Shown: positions 1 through 12,984 of the stretch, one piece after another
Layout of the letters: the number at the start of each line of letters is the position of its first letter
Position numbering within the stretch: position 1 is the stretch's first letter
Origin: Cirrosporium novae-zelandiae
Lineage: Eukaryota
Length of the DNA: 64,000 nt
Direction of reading: 5' to 3'
NCBI GenBank assembly: GCA_026023565.1
Contig: JAPETS010000012.1
Span: forward strand, 620,001 to 684,000
Program-made: the position numbers and the translations under genes
Notes under the pieces: generated by a model
Seen by the model: only the letters and a program-made list of their open reading frames with translations
Databases searched by the model: none
What the model was told of the DNA's origin: nothing

Positions 1-947
1 GATTACGATCACGAACTACGTGAGCTCTCGGAGCAGGACATGCTCATTACTTCTTCCATTGTTCTCGGGTTCTCATTGTCGAAGCACAACTGGATGTCTT
101 TTCGAATCAGTGACCTGTCACAAATTAAATGGTCCGACAATGCGATCGAGAGTTTGGTAATGGATACATCTCAGAAAAAGGTTATCCTCAGTTTAGTCAC
201 ATCTCCAATCTTTCTTAAGGGCCTTTCTACCGACGTAATTGGATGGAAAGCCAAAGGGCTCGTAGTTCTTCTTCACGGGTCGCCAGGTACTGGAAAAACG
301 TTGACAGCGGAGTGTGTCTGCGAGAAATTACATCGCCCGCTCTATAACGCGAGCGGTGGAGAACTAGGGTCTACTCCGGCCGGTCTAGAAGCGGCTCTCA
401 AAGACATCCTTGAGTTGTCGGCTCGCTGGAATGCCATTATCTTAATCGACGAGGCCGATGTCTTTTTAGAGCAACGGACTGCAGCTGATATTCACCGGAA
501 CAGTCTAGTGTCAAGTATGTAAGCTCAACATCAAAGTATTGAATAGTATATGCTAATCCTGGAATGTTAGTCTTTCTACGTCAGCTAGAGTACTTTGAAG
601 GAATGTTATTCCTTACCACGAACCGAGTAGAGCGATTTGACAAGGCGTTTACTTCTCGAATACACCTTGCCCTGAATTTTCCTGATCTTAGTCCGGATAT
701 GAGGCGGGAGATCTGGGTTAATTCACTTAAGCGCCTACCAGCGGAGGATGTTGACATCGACTATGACGAACTATCATCCCCGTTGAATTCCCTAGTCGAA
801 GCAAAGCTAAACGGTCGTGTTATAACCTACGCTGTCCGGACAGCAAAGGCGTTGGCGGAAGCGGATAAAGAAAAGTTGACGGTCAAACATTTGCGGGACG
901 TAGTTGATGTGTATCAAAAGTTCTTGGCGACTCTTCCGTATCGATGA
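1..947 (+). CDS. Fungal AAA+ ATPase, 3' part (gene starts upstream of the window); intron 515-570
   Basis: Walker A GSPGTGKT, Walker B ILIDEAD, and LEYFEGMLFLTTNR...FTSRIH. Intron GTATGT...GCTAAT...TTAG joins ORFs 40-522 and 564-947 (RNSLVS|IFLRQLEY). Confidence 0.9.
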
Positions 948-1978
948 ATTTTCCGACAAAAAATGGTTAGAAAAAAAGCTCAATACAAGTCATGTAGAAG
1001 GTAATACTTGATAAGATAGTTCATTAAATCCACCTCACTATTCCTTTAAGACTACATACAAAAATAAGCGATCCATTTAACCGCCTACACTAAAATATCT
1101 AACCTTAATCGATCCCACATAAGCGCAAGCAACACCCGCTTACTTTATAACCCTTATCCCCAACAAGAAGGTAGTTAGTTTTTATTAATTATGTATACAT
1201 AGGCTAGGCTAGTTCCGGATTCGTGTACTGTACTCGAGTAAGAAAGAAAGAAGGATGGTTTGGTTTGGTTTGGTTTGGTTTTATTTATTCATCCTCTACT
1301 CGCTTATATTATGCAAGCGGTAAAAACTCTAACTTGCATAATTAATTACTCGAGTAGTACGTACGGTCAGGGCTTTGGACCAAAACTGCAATGGTGTACA
1401 AGTAGCTTTCTTATCTTCTCTCCCTTATCCATGGTTTATCTTCTCCGCCTTGTCACACCTTACCTTACTTACACTACCCTACTGTTTGGGCCTGAAGGCT
1501 ACTATGTACTTGTATGGCTTAGCCGTTCCTTTCTCCTATACTACGCTTATCCAATCTCTGGTTTCATTGCAAGATACCTAGGTAGATAGGAAGTAAGCAC
1601 TGTGAACCCCGATGCTTATTCCGATGGCCTTTTCTATATGACTGTAAGGTACCTAGGTAAGGTAGGACTTTGGGGACTTGGGGGGGGGGGGGATTGTGTT
1701 GTTATCGATTCATTTGATAGGGTAGGATACGATGGGATGGGATGTGTGATATGATGATTGATGCTGCTGATGATGATGATTAACTGTGATTATTGTTATA
1801 TATGTATATGTATATATAATAATAGCTTCTACTTTTTTTCTTTCTTTCTCTTCTTAATTAATTTATACCTTCCTTGGTCCCTTTTCTCTCCTCCTCTCTC
1901 TTCGTCCTCCTTTGATTAATTAATTATCTCCCCCCCCCCCCTAAATCGCGGACATCCATCCTTATCACCACCACCATC

Positions 1979-4097
1979 ATGTCCGAAGAAAAAGAAAAAT
2001 CCCCCACCGTTTCCCAAGACACAAAAACACCAACAGAAGAATCCCCCACCACTATCTCCCCCGGCACCATAATCCTAGACGAAAAAAACGAAAATGAATT
2101 CGAAGTGTTTAAAAAACCTACAGATGGAGATGGGGTTGATTTTCGGACTGTTGGGTGGCCGAGGGCTAGCGTTATTTTTCTTAAAAGTATTTGGATTTTT
2201 TTTTTTTGGATGGGGATGTGTATATATGATTGCGATGGATTTAGTCTAACGTGTTATGTGTGGTGGTTGTTGTGGTTATATAGTTATTTTCGCCACCGGT
2301 GTTCTTAGTATTCCTACTGCTATGTATTCGCTTGGTAAGTAAGGAGAATATCCTGGTGGTGCTGCTGCTACGGTTGAGATTCCATCGTCCTCTTCTTCCT
2401 CCCCCCTCTCCCTCATTTCCATCTACTTATTCTTCTTGGGTCTACCCTCTAGGTGCCATCGGCGGTGCGTTTTCAGTAATCGGATGGGGAGCTCTCAATA
2501 CGTGTGAGTTTTTTCCAAAAAGAAAGAATTGATTGATTGATTAATAAGCCCAACATGGGATTTACTTATGCTTATACAACCACGCTCATTCCTAATTAGA
2601 TACCGCCGTGATCCAAGGAGACTTCAGGAACAATCATGCCGGATGCCATAGCATTGCAGATATGGCCGAGGTGTTAGGAGGAGTAGTGCTGAAGGAGATT
2701 GTGGGATTCATTTTTCTTGTCGCGTGAGCATTCATTCATTTCGTCTGCTACTCATTCCCTTGGTTGGTATGTATGAGAATCTGATGTGGCGTCTATCTTG
2801 CGTATGGTAAAGCTATGTACTGTGCACCGGATCTGGAATCCTAGGGGTATCGATAGGTTTGAATGCTCTTTCGGAGCATGCCGCATGCACCGTCTGGTGG
2901 TCGTTCATTGCTACTGTTGTGATTGCCGCCACTGCTAGTATTCACAAATTCCACACCATTGGATGGCTCACTTGGGCTGGGTTTATATCCATTTTCACTG
3001 CTGTGTTTATTGTCGTGTGGGTATCCCATCCCATCCCATCCCATGCGCTCTCACAAGCCTAAAGCATTAAAGGGGAAGGGAGGTAATCACTAACCATGAA
3101 CCCTCCCCCCTCTAGCGTCGCCGTCACAACTCTAGACCGCCCAGCCGCAGCCCCTCAAACCGGCGACTACGAACTCGGCTACCACGCAATCGCACATCCC
3201 ACATTCGTAGCCGGCATAACAGCATCCGCAACGATCTTCGTATCCTCCGCCGGCACCTCCGCCTTCCTCCCCGTGATCTCAGAAATGCGAAAGCCAAAAG
3301 ATTTCCGAAAGGCTCTGTACACGTGCATGGGTTTCGTGACCGCTGCATACCTCAGTCTGAGTCTGGTCGTCTACCGTTGGTGCGGTCAATGGGTTGCGAG
3401 TCCTTCGCTGGGGAGCGCTGGAACCACGATCAAGAAGGTTGCTTATGGGGTTGGGCTTGTTGGTTTGATCGTTAGTGCGTGTTTGTACCTTCATGTAAGA
3501 ACCTGACACCCCCACCGTCCTCCCCACCTCCCAACCTCCGGGATCCCGTATGAAAGCTTGTTTGAATGGTTCTAAACTCTGCCATGCGATTCAATAGGTC
3601 GCTGCCAAGTATCTCATGGTTCGCATTCTACGACACACCAAGCACCTACAAGACAACACCCTCATCCACTGGGGAACCTGGCTGTAAGTCCCCCTCCCAA
3701 TCAATCCCATTCACATCTCTCACATAATCCACCACTCCACTAACACCTCCCCCTCCCCTATAGCGGCAGCACCACATCCCTCGCCGCCATATCCTTCCTC
3801 CTCGCCGAAGCAATCCCAATCTTCAACTACCTGATCGCCCTCACAGGCAGCATCTGCTTCGCCCCGCTTGCCATCGCCCTTCCCGGCTTCCTCTGGCTGC
3901 ACGACCACAAGTCCTGGCGTCTGGATGGGTCTGTCTCACAAAAGCTCGTGTATTGGGCTCACTGGTTTCTGCCGCTGTTGGGATCGTTTTTCTTGGTTGG
4001 GGGCACGTATGGGGTTGTGGAGGAGATTGTGGCTGCGTATGCGAGTGGGGAGATTGGGGGCGCGTTTCAGTGTGCGGATAATTCGGGGTCGGGGTGA
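1979..4097 (+). CDS. Amino acid transporter (Aa_trans / Mtr-like neutral amino acid permease), multi-exon
   Basis: Exons encode VDFRTVGWPRAS, FATGVLSIP, GDFRNNHAGCHSIADMA, SSAGTSAFLPVISEMRKP and IPIFNYLIALTGS, ending AFQCADNSGSG-TGA at 4095-4097. Several GT-AG introns. Confidence 0.9.
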
Positions 4098-4848
4098 TGT
4101 GAGTGAGTGAGTGGGTGGGTAGGTAGGTGAGAGCAGTTATAATGTAGATAGTATGGTTATTTACCTCACTCGGGGAGAAGGATGATATAATGAGTCTTGC
4201 CGGTGTTGGAATGATTTAGAAGGCCTTTTGGAGAGGGAAATAGAGAAGACCTTAATGTCTCTATGCTGCACTGCTGAATATATGTATCTCCTCTAGCGCA
4301 CGCTCTGGTTGAATTTCCACACTATACACAAAAGGGATCGATAGAGAGTAACAACCTTGTACTCTCTCACTTATAACTTACCTGCTAAACACTCAACATA
4401 TGACCCATCTCTCAACCGCATTTTCCTAACAATCAGCTTACTAGATACAGTGAGCGTGTGAATATACTGCATTAAAGGAAAACCTAAACACCTAGAATTC
4501 AAATCGCAAAGAAGTAGTAGTAGTCTGTGATATGGGGGGGAAGACCAACAACATCCTCCCCCCCCCTCCCCCTACCACCAAAATTACCCGAAACGGAAGA
4601 CTAAACAGAGGTAATTAATTGTCGTCTGGGAAACGACTAAGGTCCATCGACAAATTCCAGTCAAACTCCATACCATTGCATAAGCATGCTCCTGAACTCC
4701 TTGAGCGGGACCCAAGATTTGTTTCTTTACACCAGACATAGTAGGATCTCAAATTGATATGGTCGTTTACACGGGTTCCTGATGATCTCGCTCTTTTGTG
4801 AATGTATTTTTAGATAGATTTCAATCGACAAAATATCGGTGATCAGGC

Positions 4849-7800
4849 CTATATCTTCCCTCGTAACTTAAGGCCCAAGAGTCGCATCCTTCCTTGCCAT
4901 AGTTCATACCTATGACCATGTAACAAAGGTGGGTTCTTCAAACGAGAATCGATATCAGTAACCTCCCTACCGACTTTCTGAATGAAGAGCATCCAAATTT
5001 GTTTCCCTGCGCGAGTAACACAGCCTCCGTGATCTAAAAAGAAGATGATAACCTCGTAGGCGTCGAGTTCGGATAAGCCAGCCATGCGTTCGAATAAACC
5101 AGCGGGGGGATCGGGTAAGGTAGCCCCGCCACCGGCACGTATTATTGATCTCAGTATACTATCAAGTGGAGTCCTCCCCATGTCATCCAACGCGTTGATA
5201 TCAGCGCCAAACTTGATAAGCGTTTCAATCAGCCCCTTATTGGGTACATGTAATGCTGTGCAATGATATATGGGTGTAGGCCTGCGCAGTAATAGCGGAA
5301 CGGTAATTTTCGTATTTGGGTTCTGACCATGCTCTAGCAGTGAACGCGCCAAGTAGACTTGATTCGGATTTATAAAATCACCCCTAGGAAAAAGCGACGC
5401 TCTACCTAGTTGATAAAAAATCGTTTGAAATGGGCACTGTCCTTTCCAGAGTTTGTCCTTAGAAGCTCCATGATTTATGAGCAGAGAGACCATGCTGGCA
5501 TAATTCCACATTTCATATGAGCGTTTAGTTAACTCTGAACCGCTTCTCAGGGGTTGAATATTTGAAGAAATCGCGAGACAATGGAGGGCCTGCTGGTGGG
5601 GGTCTATTTCTGCATAAGAATTTGATTGCAACTTTTCTCTCATGTATCTTTTGAGATTCGCCATCACAGCAAATCCGACGATTGAATTTATGAGTAGTTC
5701 CTTGGTATTTATATACTCATTTAAACTTAGGTCTAAACCACAACCATCTTCTGGAAATGAATCAAAGAAGATGCGCTGACTTGAACCAGTTGTCGATTCA
5801 GCCAAAAAAGCATATTGCATACATCTCAAGAATCCCTGGGGTTTTTCGTCATAAGTTAACTTGGTGAGAGCATATTTGCACATAAATGAATAGCCATTGC
5901 TCACTGTTAGAAAGCAGCTGTGTTTAAGAATACGTTGCCCGAACCCTAGTTTGCTTACGAAGTCTTTGGCACTCTGGTGCATGAATTGAACGATCGGATT
6001 TTTCGGTCGATGTAATATCTCTATTAGCCCCCCACATGGATCCAATAAGCTTTGTAGATGGTCATTATTTCCTGCATATATGAATGCATTCGAAGAGAAT
6101 ACGGCCTGACAATCGTCAAATGTATCACAATCAGCACATTCTGTAGCCTTAATGAACTCGTAGATATCTAGTTCTTCGCTAGAGCGCAGTACGATTTCAA
6201 GCATACTGTATGCTGTGGCTCGATGCCCCTCAGGTATTCTGTCCACGATTCGCTCATAGAGCTGCTCAAGGTCTCCGGGGAGTGATTTCAGAGTCTCCAG
6301 GAGTTGTTGTGGCGAAGCATTTTTCGCTGAAGCTTTAGTAAGCTCCTGAATAACCAGCTTTACCCATAAAAAAACACCTTGCGCCTTCTCGATGATTTCG
6401 AGAACCAGGAGGTTCTTCTGATGATCTCTTTGAGCCTCGGATACCGCCATGTAGGACTGGCTCAAAGATGATTTTTCCATCATTTTGCCCCCAACATAAT
6501 TCCAGATATCTTGACGGGTAAACTCGTGAATTTTAAAACCTGGGCAAGTTTCAAAATTCCTCATGAAAATATCCCATGGGCGGCTAGAAAAACATATGCG
6601 GAGACGTGTAGAAGCGCTCGCAGCAAGTTTAGTTGCACGTTGAACGAAAGCTACAATTATCTCTTTCGGACCATCAAACTCGTCTAAAGCATCCAAAAAT
6701 AGATGTATATTCACAGGCCGCTCGTCTTGCTGAAGGACACGGTCGAAACAGGCTTCCAGATCATCCAATGTCCAGTATGACCTTAAACGGTCCTCTTGCT
6801 GCAAATAGATTGGTAACACAAACTTGCGAAGCATTGGTGCACCAGAAAGAACCTGATAGAGTATGCTGCGTAGTAAACCTTCGAATGATTTCTGCAAATG
6901 TGGCCCACGATCATGGAAGAAGAATTCAGCACACAAATACAACGGGTAACCAGTGCACTGAACCCTGGCACTTTGACAGTTTCGGCCTATGTCGTGTTGG
7001 TATACTCTTGAGCAAACACGGTTTGGGGTCAATTAGCCTTGAGTAAAAGGATACTTACAAACAGGTGTTCCTCCATCACAACCCTTCCCACCCAGTCTAC
7101 AATCAAGGCATCCTATTTCCAATCTCTTATTCTCAGACCAGTCGTGCAATAATCGCGAGGTTTGCTGATTTTTGACAATTGACTTCATCAAAGTCGATTT
7201 ACCAGAGCCTGGTTTGCCACTAATCCAGAAAATTCCTCTACCATTTCTCAACCACTCCGCGAGCCCAGCTTTGGGATCATTAAAGATCCATTGTTGAGTT
7301 GAGTGATATGCATCGTCAATATCTTCGAATCGAGATCTCAGCTCAGCAAGAGAGAGACTTTTCATCATTTTGTTCTCTAGCGATCTTTATTAGCCACATT
7401 AACTTAATATTTGTCAGTGTACTTTACCAAGCTCGGCCTACTTCTCCTTCCGTTCAGCTGGTTGCTCCGAAGGAGCAGCATTTAGTCTTTTGAGGGAAAG
7501 ATTATTATCATGACCTAAGTCATATTCCTAATTGATTTTTAGTCGTCAGCTTCGTCAAACTTTAGCCCCGTCTGGCCCTTGAAAAATGCGTACCCCTTCA
7601 GCAATATTACACAAACTACATAGATAACTCATGATGGCTTTATAATTGGCATCGTCCTCTGCAAATTTAACCATGTCTGAATGATTCTCGTTTATAGGAA
7701 AGTGGTCCTGTTGATTTGACTGTTGTTGTATTGCTGACTCGCGGTTTACAAGAACTTCCAAACGTCCGGTTCTTGACCATGTTCCCGAAGGTGATAGCTA

Positions 7801-8810
7801 GTAAGTCAGTGATCTGAGATATGCGGGGGGGGGGTTGAAGGGTTCCTACCTGTGTTATATGTGAAAGTTTTGTCTCATACACGGAAATAACTCGTATGTC
7901 TTGTAAAAGTGTGATACCATTAAACTGGTTATCTAGTTCAGACAGATAACCTGAATCTCGACAAAGTGGCTCAACCAATACTGTATTAGGCTGCCCTTCC
8001 ACCATCGACATCAAGTGAGACATTTCCATGCCCTTGTTTGGGACTCCAAAAAATATTATGCCTTGGATTTCATGCAGAATTGCTCTCTCCAGGTCAGTGC
8101 CATTTGCCAATAAGACAAGAGCTTGTTTCAAAATGATCCCACCAAGACTGTGTGCCAGGAGGACTACTGGCTTCGCCGAGTCCAGTGAACGACCACTAGA
8201 CTTAAGTTTGACGATGAATGATATCGCTAAGTCATTAATGGTTTGAAATGACTGGCTCATCACAAGTTGGGTATCATAGCCGTATATAATATTTCGGGTT
8301 TGTGGTAAATCGCGAGGGAGTTGATCTCTGAGCCACATAAACGTTGAGTCTTTACTGCGATGTTTCCATGAGCCAAATGGATGGCTTGCTAGGCCAGAAA
8401 TGGCAATGCAGCTATTGAAAAATCATGGATTAGCTTCTAAACAAATATAAATGGAAGTTTGTATTTACATACTCAAATGTATGAAGGTGCTTCCCCACAT
8501 CATTTAGTGCTGTAAAGCCCAGGAAATGTAGATCAATGATAACGTTATGCTGAAGGCCCACATCCTGAGTAGGCAGAACCCATTCTTGCCTGTCCGGGGG
8601 CAACGCTTGCGGCCGCCTCATGAACTCTGCTGTTGCTGTCTTGGTCGGAGGTCTTTCATAAGGGTTAAGACTGGATGCCAAACATAGGGTTTTGATATTT
8701 TCCAACGGTCCAAGGCCAAGGCTAACAAGTAACTTTATGACTTCGAGTTTATCCATATAGTGTGGAAGTTTGCGAACCCGATACGTAAGCCCCTCGCAGT
8801 TCCTGTCCAT
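4849..8810 (-). CDS. Fungal NLR: SesB-like alpha/beta-hydrolase + NACHT (with inserted Zn2Cys6 cluster) + helical domain + degenerate ankyrin repeats; possible premature TAG at 7438-7440
   Basis: Hydrolase motifs ISGLASHPFGSW, MWLRDQLP, AHSLGG, FFGVPN and NHSDMVKF. NACHT motifs WISGKPGSGKST, FFFHDRG, LFLDALDE, CFSSRP and AQGVFLWVKLV. Ankyrin-like LIKFGADINALDDMGRTPL. Inferred introns about 8413-8472, about 7798-7849, 7528-7593, 7377-7427 and 6987-7058. Confidence 0.88.
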
Positions 8811-9533
8811 TTTTAATGCTGTAATTTTGCAGCATATTCATATTGTGGTATAGAGAAGATGATATCCCCCCAGAGCCTCGTTGGCAAAAATAGCATCGTG
8901 CCAGCCTTGCAAGATGCACTGTCCTAGCCCACCAATAAATAACTATCATTAAGGCATGTAAAGACAGGTACCTACCGGCCTTCTAGCCAGATTTATAAGC
9001 CAATCAGGTCAAATTTCTGAGACATTGAGTCACCATCTAGATGAGTAAGTATATTGGATGCTGCAGTGCCACACCATAATAATCCAACAACCCAGAAATT
9101 GCAGAAGACATAGCCTTCATCTACTAGATGCAACCTCTTCTCCTCTTTTTGTTCCAAATTCAATGGTCGGCGGCTGTGATAGCAGCCACATTCTTTTACA
9201 GAATTAGAAATTAAGAAACCTTTACAGGTACAGAAGTGATAGATAGAAAGTAGAAAGTAAACGACTAATAATTGGATCTCGCCTGGACGCGCTTTTTTAG
9301 CGTCGGGATATCCTTTCGAAAACACCCGACACTCCTGTGTATATCGCGGCCTTCTGGCGTGCTTCTCGCGCTGCATAACCAAGTAGTATTATGCGATCTG
9401 GAAGAACGTGTGGATAGCTAGGCCTTGACGTTATTGAAGATGCGATTGAAATTTCTGTGCCCACCATCAAGGTTTTGATAGTGGGGAGTCTTGAAGCCTG
9501 TCCATCATTTCCGATCATTTCTCTTCCCCACCA

Positions 9534-10367
9534 CTAATAATAACCATTATTATTGTCATGGCTACGACTCACATCCCATAGATATTGTTGCCATGCAAGC
9601 TCCTCTGGATCTAGCGAGGGGCTTCGTTCCCGGTCCCGTTCCCATTCCCGTTCCCGTTCCCGCTCCCATTCCCGCTCCCATTCCCGCTCCCGCTGCTCCT
9701 GCTCCCGCTGCTCCTGCTCCTGACGAGTAAGATCCTCATCGCACTCCTCACAGCAATTATCGAATTCCTGACACACCTCGGCCCCGAACTTAAAAGAGGC
9801 GCAGAACTCACAAAACACGGCAGGATAGTCATCGGGAAAGGGTAAAAGAAAGCCGACACGAATCTCGGGGCATCCAGTACTAGGATTCTTACCCGCTCTA
9901 GGGTATTTAGTCATGCATATGATGCATACCCGTCCGTAGGCGTTGTCGCATCCCTTTTTCTTGCTCCGCTCTCGTGTTACGAAGCAGTCTTGGGGCTGTC
10001 TAGAAAGACAAATGTAGCAGGTGAGTTCTCCTTTTTCCTTCTCTGCTGAAGTCTCGGGACATTCTTCCTCCCAACGGAGGTATTCTGCAATCTGCTGACG
10101 GTCGAGATGTTGTGTTCGAGGGGCAATGAGGCTATGGAATTGGCGATTGACTTGTTTGAGGCAAAGAAGAGCGGTCGTCGGGAGATAGGATATGATTCGG
10201 TTGATGTCTTCTGATTTCGCATTGAGCAGATAACTCACGGGGTGTTCAGAGGCGATTTTAAGGATAGATGTTCCTGGTGCTGAAGTTCTCTCGAGTGAAG
10301 AACCAGGGGGGCGATGAGATGCTGGTGAGCTTGCCGACTTTTCAGATGAATGGACTTGAGATGACAT
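9534..10367 (-). CDS. F-box-like protein with Cys-rich region and charged C-terminal repeats
   Basis: 277-aa ORF. F-box-like segment IISYLPTTALLCLKQVNRQFHSLI; CYIC, CIIC, CEFC and CEEC motifs; REQE/REWE repeats. Confidence 0.6.
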   Translation of the reverse strand: MSSQVHSSEKSASSPASHRPPGSSLERTSAPGTSILKIASEHPVSYLLNAKSEDINRIISYLPTTALLCLKQVNRQFHSLIAPRTQHLDRQQIAEYLRWEEECPETSAEKEKGELTCYICLSRQPQDCFVTRERSKKKGCDNAYGRVCIICMTKYPRAGKNPSTGCPEIRVGFLLPFPDDYPAVFCEFCASFKFGAEVCQEFDNCCEECDEDLTRQEQEQREQEQREREWEREWEREREREWERDRERSPSLDPEELAWQQYLWDVSRSHDNNNGYY

Positions 10368-11031
10368 CTTATTTCAGAGGCGACAGAAGAATATTCAAGA
10401 GACCCAGTATATGGATAGATAATTGGACTGAGTACTGTTGAGGTAATGATAACCCAGGTGAGGTAAGTTTGTTCGAGGAAAGACTAAGAGGGGAAGTGGA
10501 AAATATTTCAAAAGACAAGAGAAAGCTCCGACGCGATAAATGAAAGGATCTGATGAGTGAATGCAAGTTCTTCTCGGTGATAACATATTCATTACAAAAC
10601 CTCCAACGACGATGTTAATCTCCGTACAATACAGAAAACCAGTATCCTCACAGGCAAGTCCCAGACTCTTTCGGATTCACACATCATGTATATAGACCCT
10701 ACTGCATTTTCGTGAACGTTTCGTGAACGTCCTATATGCCAGCAGATTCCACTCCAGTATCCAACATGTGACTAAGGCGCCCAACTCCTTTGAAAGGTCA
10801 GTCCCTACTAGCTATTACTTATGTAAAAATTTCTCAATTCCACGCATTAAACATGCTCAGATGCAATGACACTTTACTAGGGAGAAAGTAGCAGAAAGAA
10901 AGGCCGAGCCGAAATTGATCGCTCCCTATGGACAAGTCACGGATGGGCTTATTAAAGCATTCTCACATTGATACTTGAGTAATTCATGCAACAGCCAGAT
11001 TTCTATATTTGATATCTCCCAAGCAAGCCTG

Positions 11032-12100
11032 TCAAGCTTGGGAGGCAATACTAACAGTTGACTTCTTCCTGTTTCTGAAGGCCCACGAAAGATGCCAACC
11101 AAGAACAATGGATGGGGTTACGAGCAAAAGACCCAAATCAAGCCTGAAAACACCAAGATCATGACCGAGAAAATCCAAAACGGACGCCCCATTGCCTGGA
11201 GCCTGACATCTTCTAGTTTCGCAAACCCAAGTCCATCTAACGGTATGCTAGGGCCACTTGCATGTACGACAGAACAATTGAAATAACAGAAAAAACAAAC
11301 ACCCAGGCACCTTTAACCCATTGGATCCATGAATCTGGAGACCAATATGCTGTGGCTCTGCTCTGGGGCCAAAAAATAGGGCTGGCCAAGATCAAGTGCC
11401 AACGACAGAGCTGCCCATAGCTGTACCATTTTGCTACCTGAGCATCTTCAATGCGACGGATTTTAGAGATGAATGCAGACCACTTGATCCACTCAATATT
11501 GTCAGGAACAAGGTGATATTTACGAGCAAGAATCAGGTCTGAATGATGCTGTATAAGGAAAGCATAGGATCGCAGGAATCCAAGTGCAATTCCACGATCA
11601 AAGTATTCGGCACCGGGGCCATCTATTCCGTTCTCAGCATTACTTGTCGCTGACATTGAGGGTTTGATTGAAGAGAGGTATTGGGCCCAAAAATAATAGT
11701 TGAACAAGCAGATGGGTATCGGCTTCAGGTATATTTTGTTATGACACCAGACAAGATGAAACTTGGGATCCTCAGTAAGAACGACCTGTCTTCCTATCAT
11801 GATCTGTCTATGAAGAGGGTCAATGTTGCTGCCTGAATTCCTATAAAATCGCTCAAGTCTTGGGCAAAGCTCATCCAAGATGGGGTTGTCAAGCTCTCTG
11901 ATGAGAAATTTATGGACTTCGTTCGCTTTCAGATCTATATCAGGTTCGCCAGGCACATGAGGAATTGACCCCTTCGGGTTCTCGGGCGAGTTCAGGCAGG
12001 GTAGTAATAGACATTCGGCTGAAGGATGACAATGAAGGCGTTGATTGTTTAATGCGTTTGCCCCAGAAAAAGGGACGTCAAAATCACGAGAAGCAGCCAT
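11032..12100 (-). pseudogene. DUF6601-family membrane protein gene with two apparent 1-bp deletions near the 3' end
   Basis: Family motifs IDPLHRQ, LTEDPKFHLVW, IYLKPIPICL, ALGFLRSYAFLIQHHSD, YSYGQL and MQVAL. A hydrophobic tail continues in shifted frames after about 11246 and about 11125 to TGA at 11032-11034. Confidence 0.65.
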
Positions 12101-12984
12101 CCAGATACAATAACCTTTTAAAACGTTAAACTAGAAGTGTTTTTCTTTCCAAGGGAATTTTGGTAAATTTACAAAAGACGGTAGATCTTATGGGTAAGGT
12201 TATTAACGACATTCATGGCAATTCAAGTACAAGAGGCAAGTACGTACAGTACAGGGATACACTCGAGTTCCAGCCTCAAACTTGACCGCCCGCCCAGGCT
12301 GACTTCTCCATACGAAAGAACTTGTTTGAACTTTCTCTCACGATCTTCGGCAAGATATTCAAAATATTTCAATTCTAGCTCCCGCCACTGTCATAACATT
12401 ATACATAAAACAAAGCCATGGATTGGACCATGATCATTTTATATTTTTTTATTTTTTTGGTCTCACTGGCGTTCCTTGATGATCAGGCTACGAGAGGGAT
12501 CTCATCGCGCCAACGAGCCGATCATCGCCCGAAATCCGAATTTGGTCTTGTCCCTGTGGATGGATTTGACTCACAGGTTACTTCTAATGGAGTAGGTAGG
12601 GCTGCAATAATGTCTATTCACCCACCCATCTCTCTCTCTCTCTTGGAAAGGGATTCGGAGGGGAGGCAATGATTAAATCCCCATTTAAAAGCAGCTAAGG
12701 TAGGTACTATAGGTACATAGCTTTTAGTCCTTGGTTCATTTTATATGACCGACCCTTCTACCCCTCCACCCTCTAACTAAAGACTAATATAATGCATAGA
12801 TAGATAATAAACCCCTTAGTTGTATTATTATTATTAAAATAGTCACGAATAACTCTTTTTCCGTTATCGATCGTATCCCTTTTTTTCTTTTTTTCCTGGT
12901 TGTGTTACCTCCCCTCGACCCCCCCCCACCCAAAGCCGTAGAGCGTAAAGAAAATCCAGACAACAAGATTAACTAAACTTAGTC

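Noticed and set aside
7033..7035. TAA separating two NACHT ORFs as a nonsense mutation
   Set aside because: It falls inside a 72-nt GT-AG intron whose removal restores the frame.
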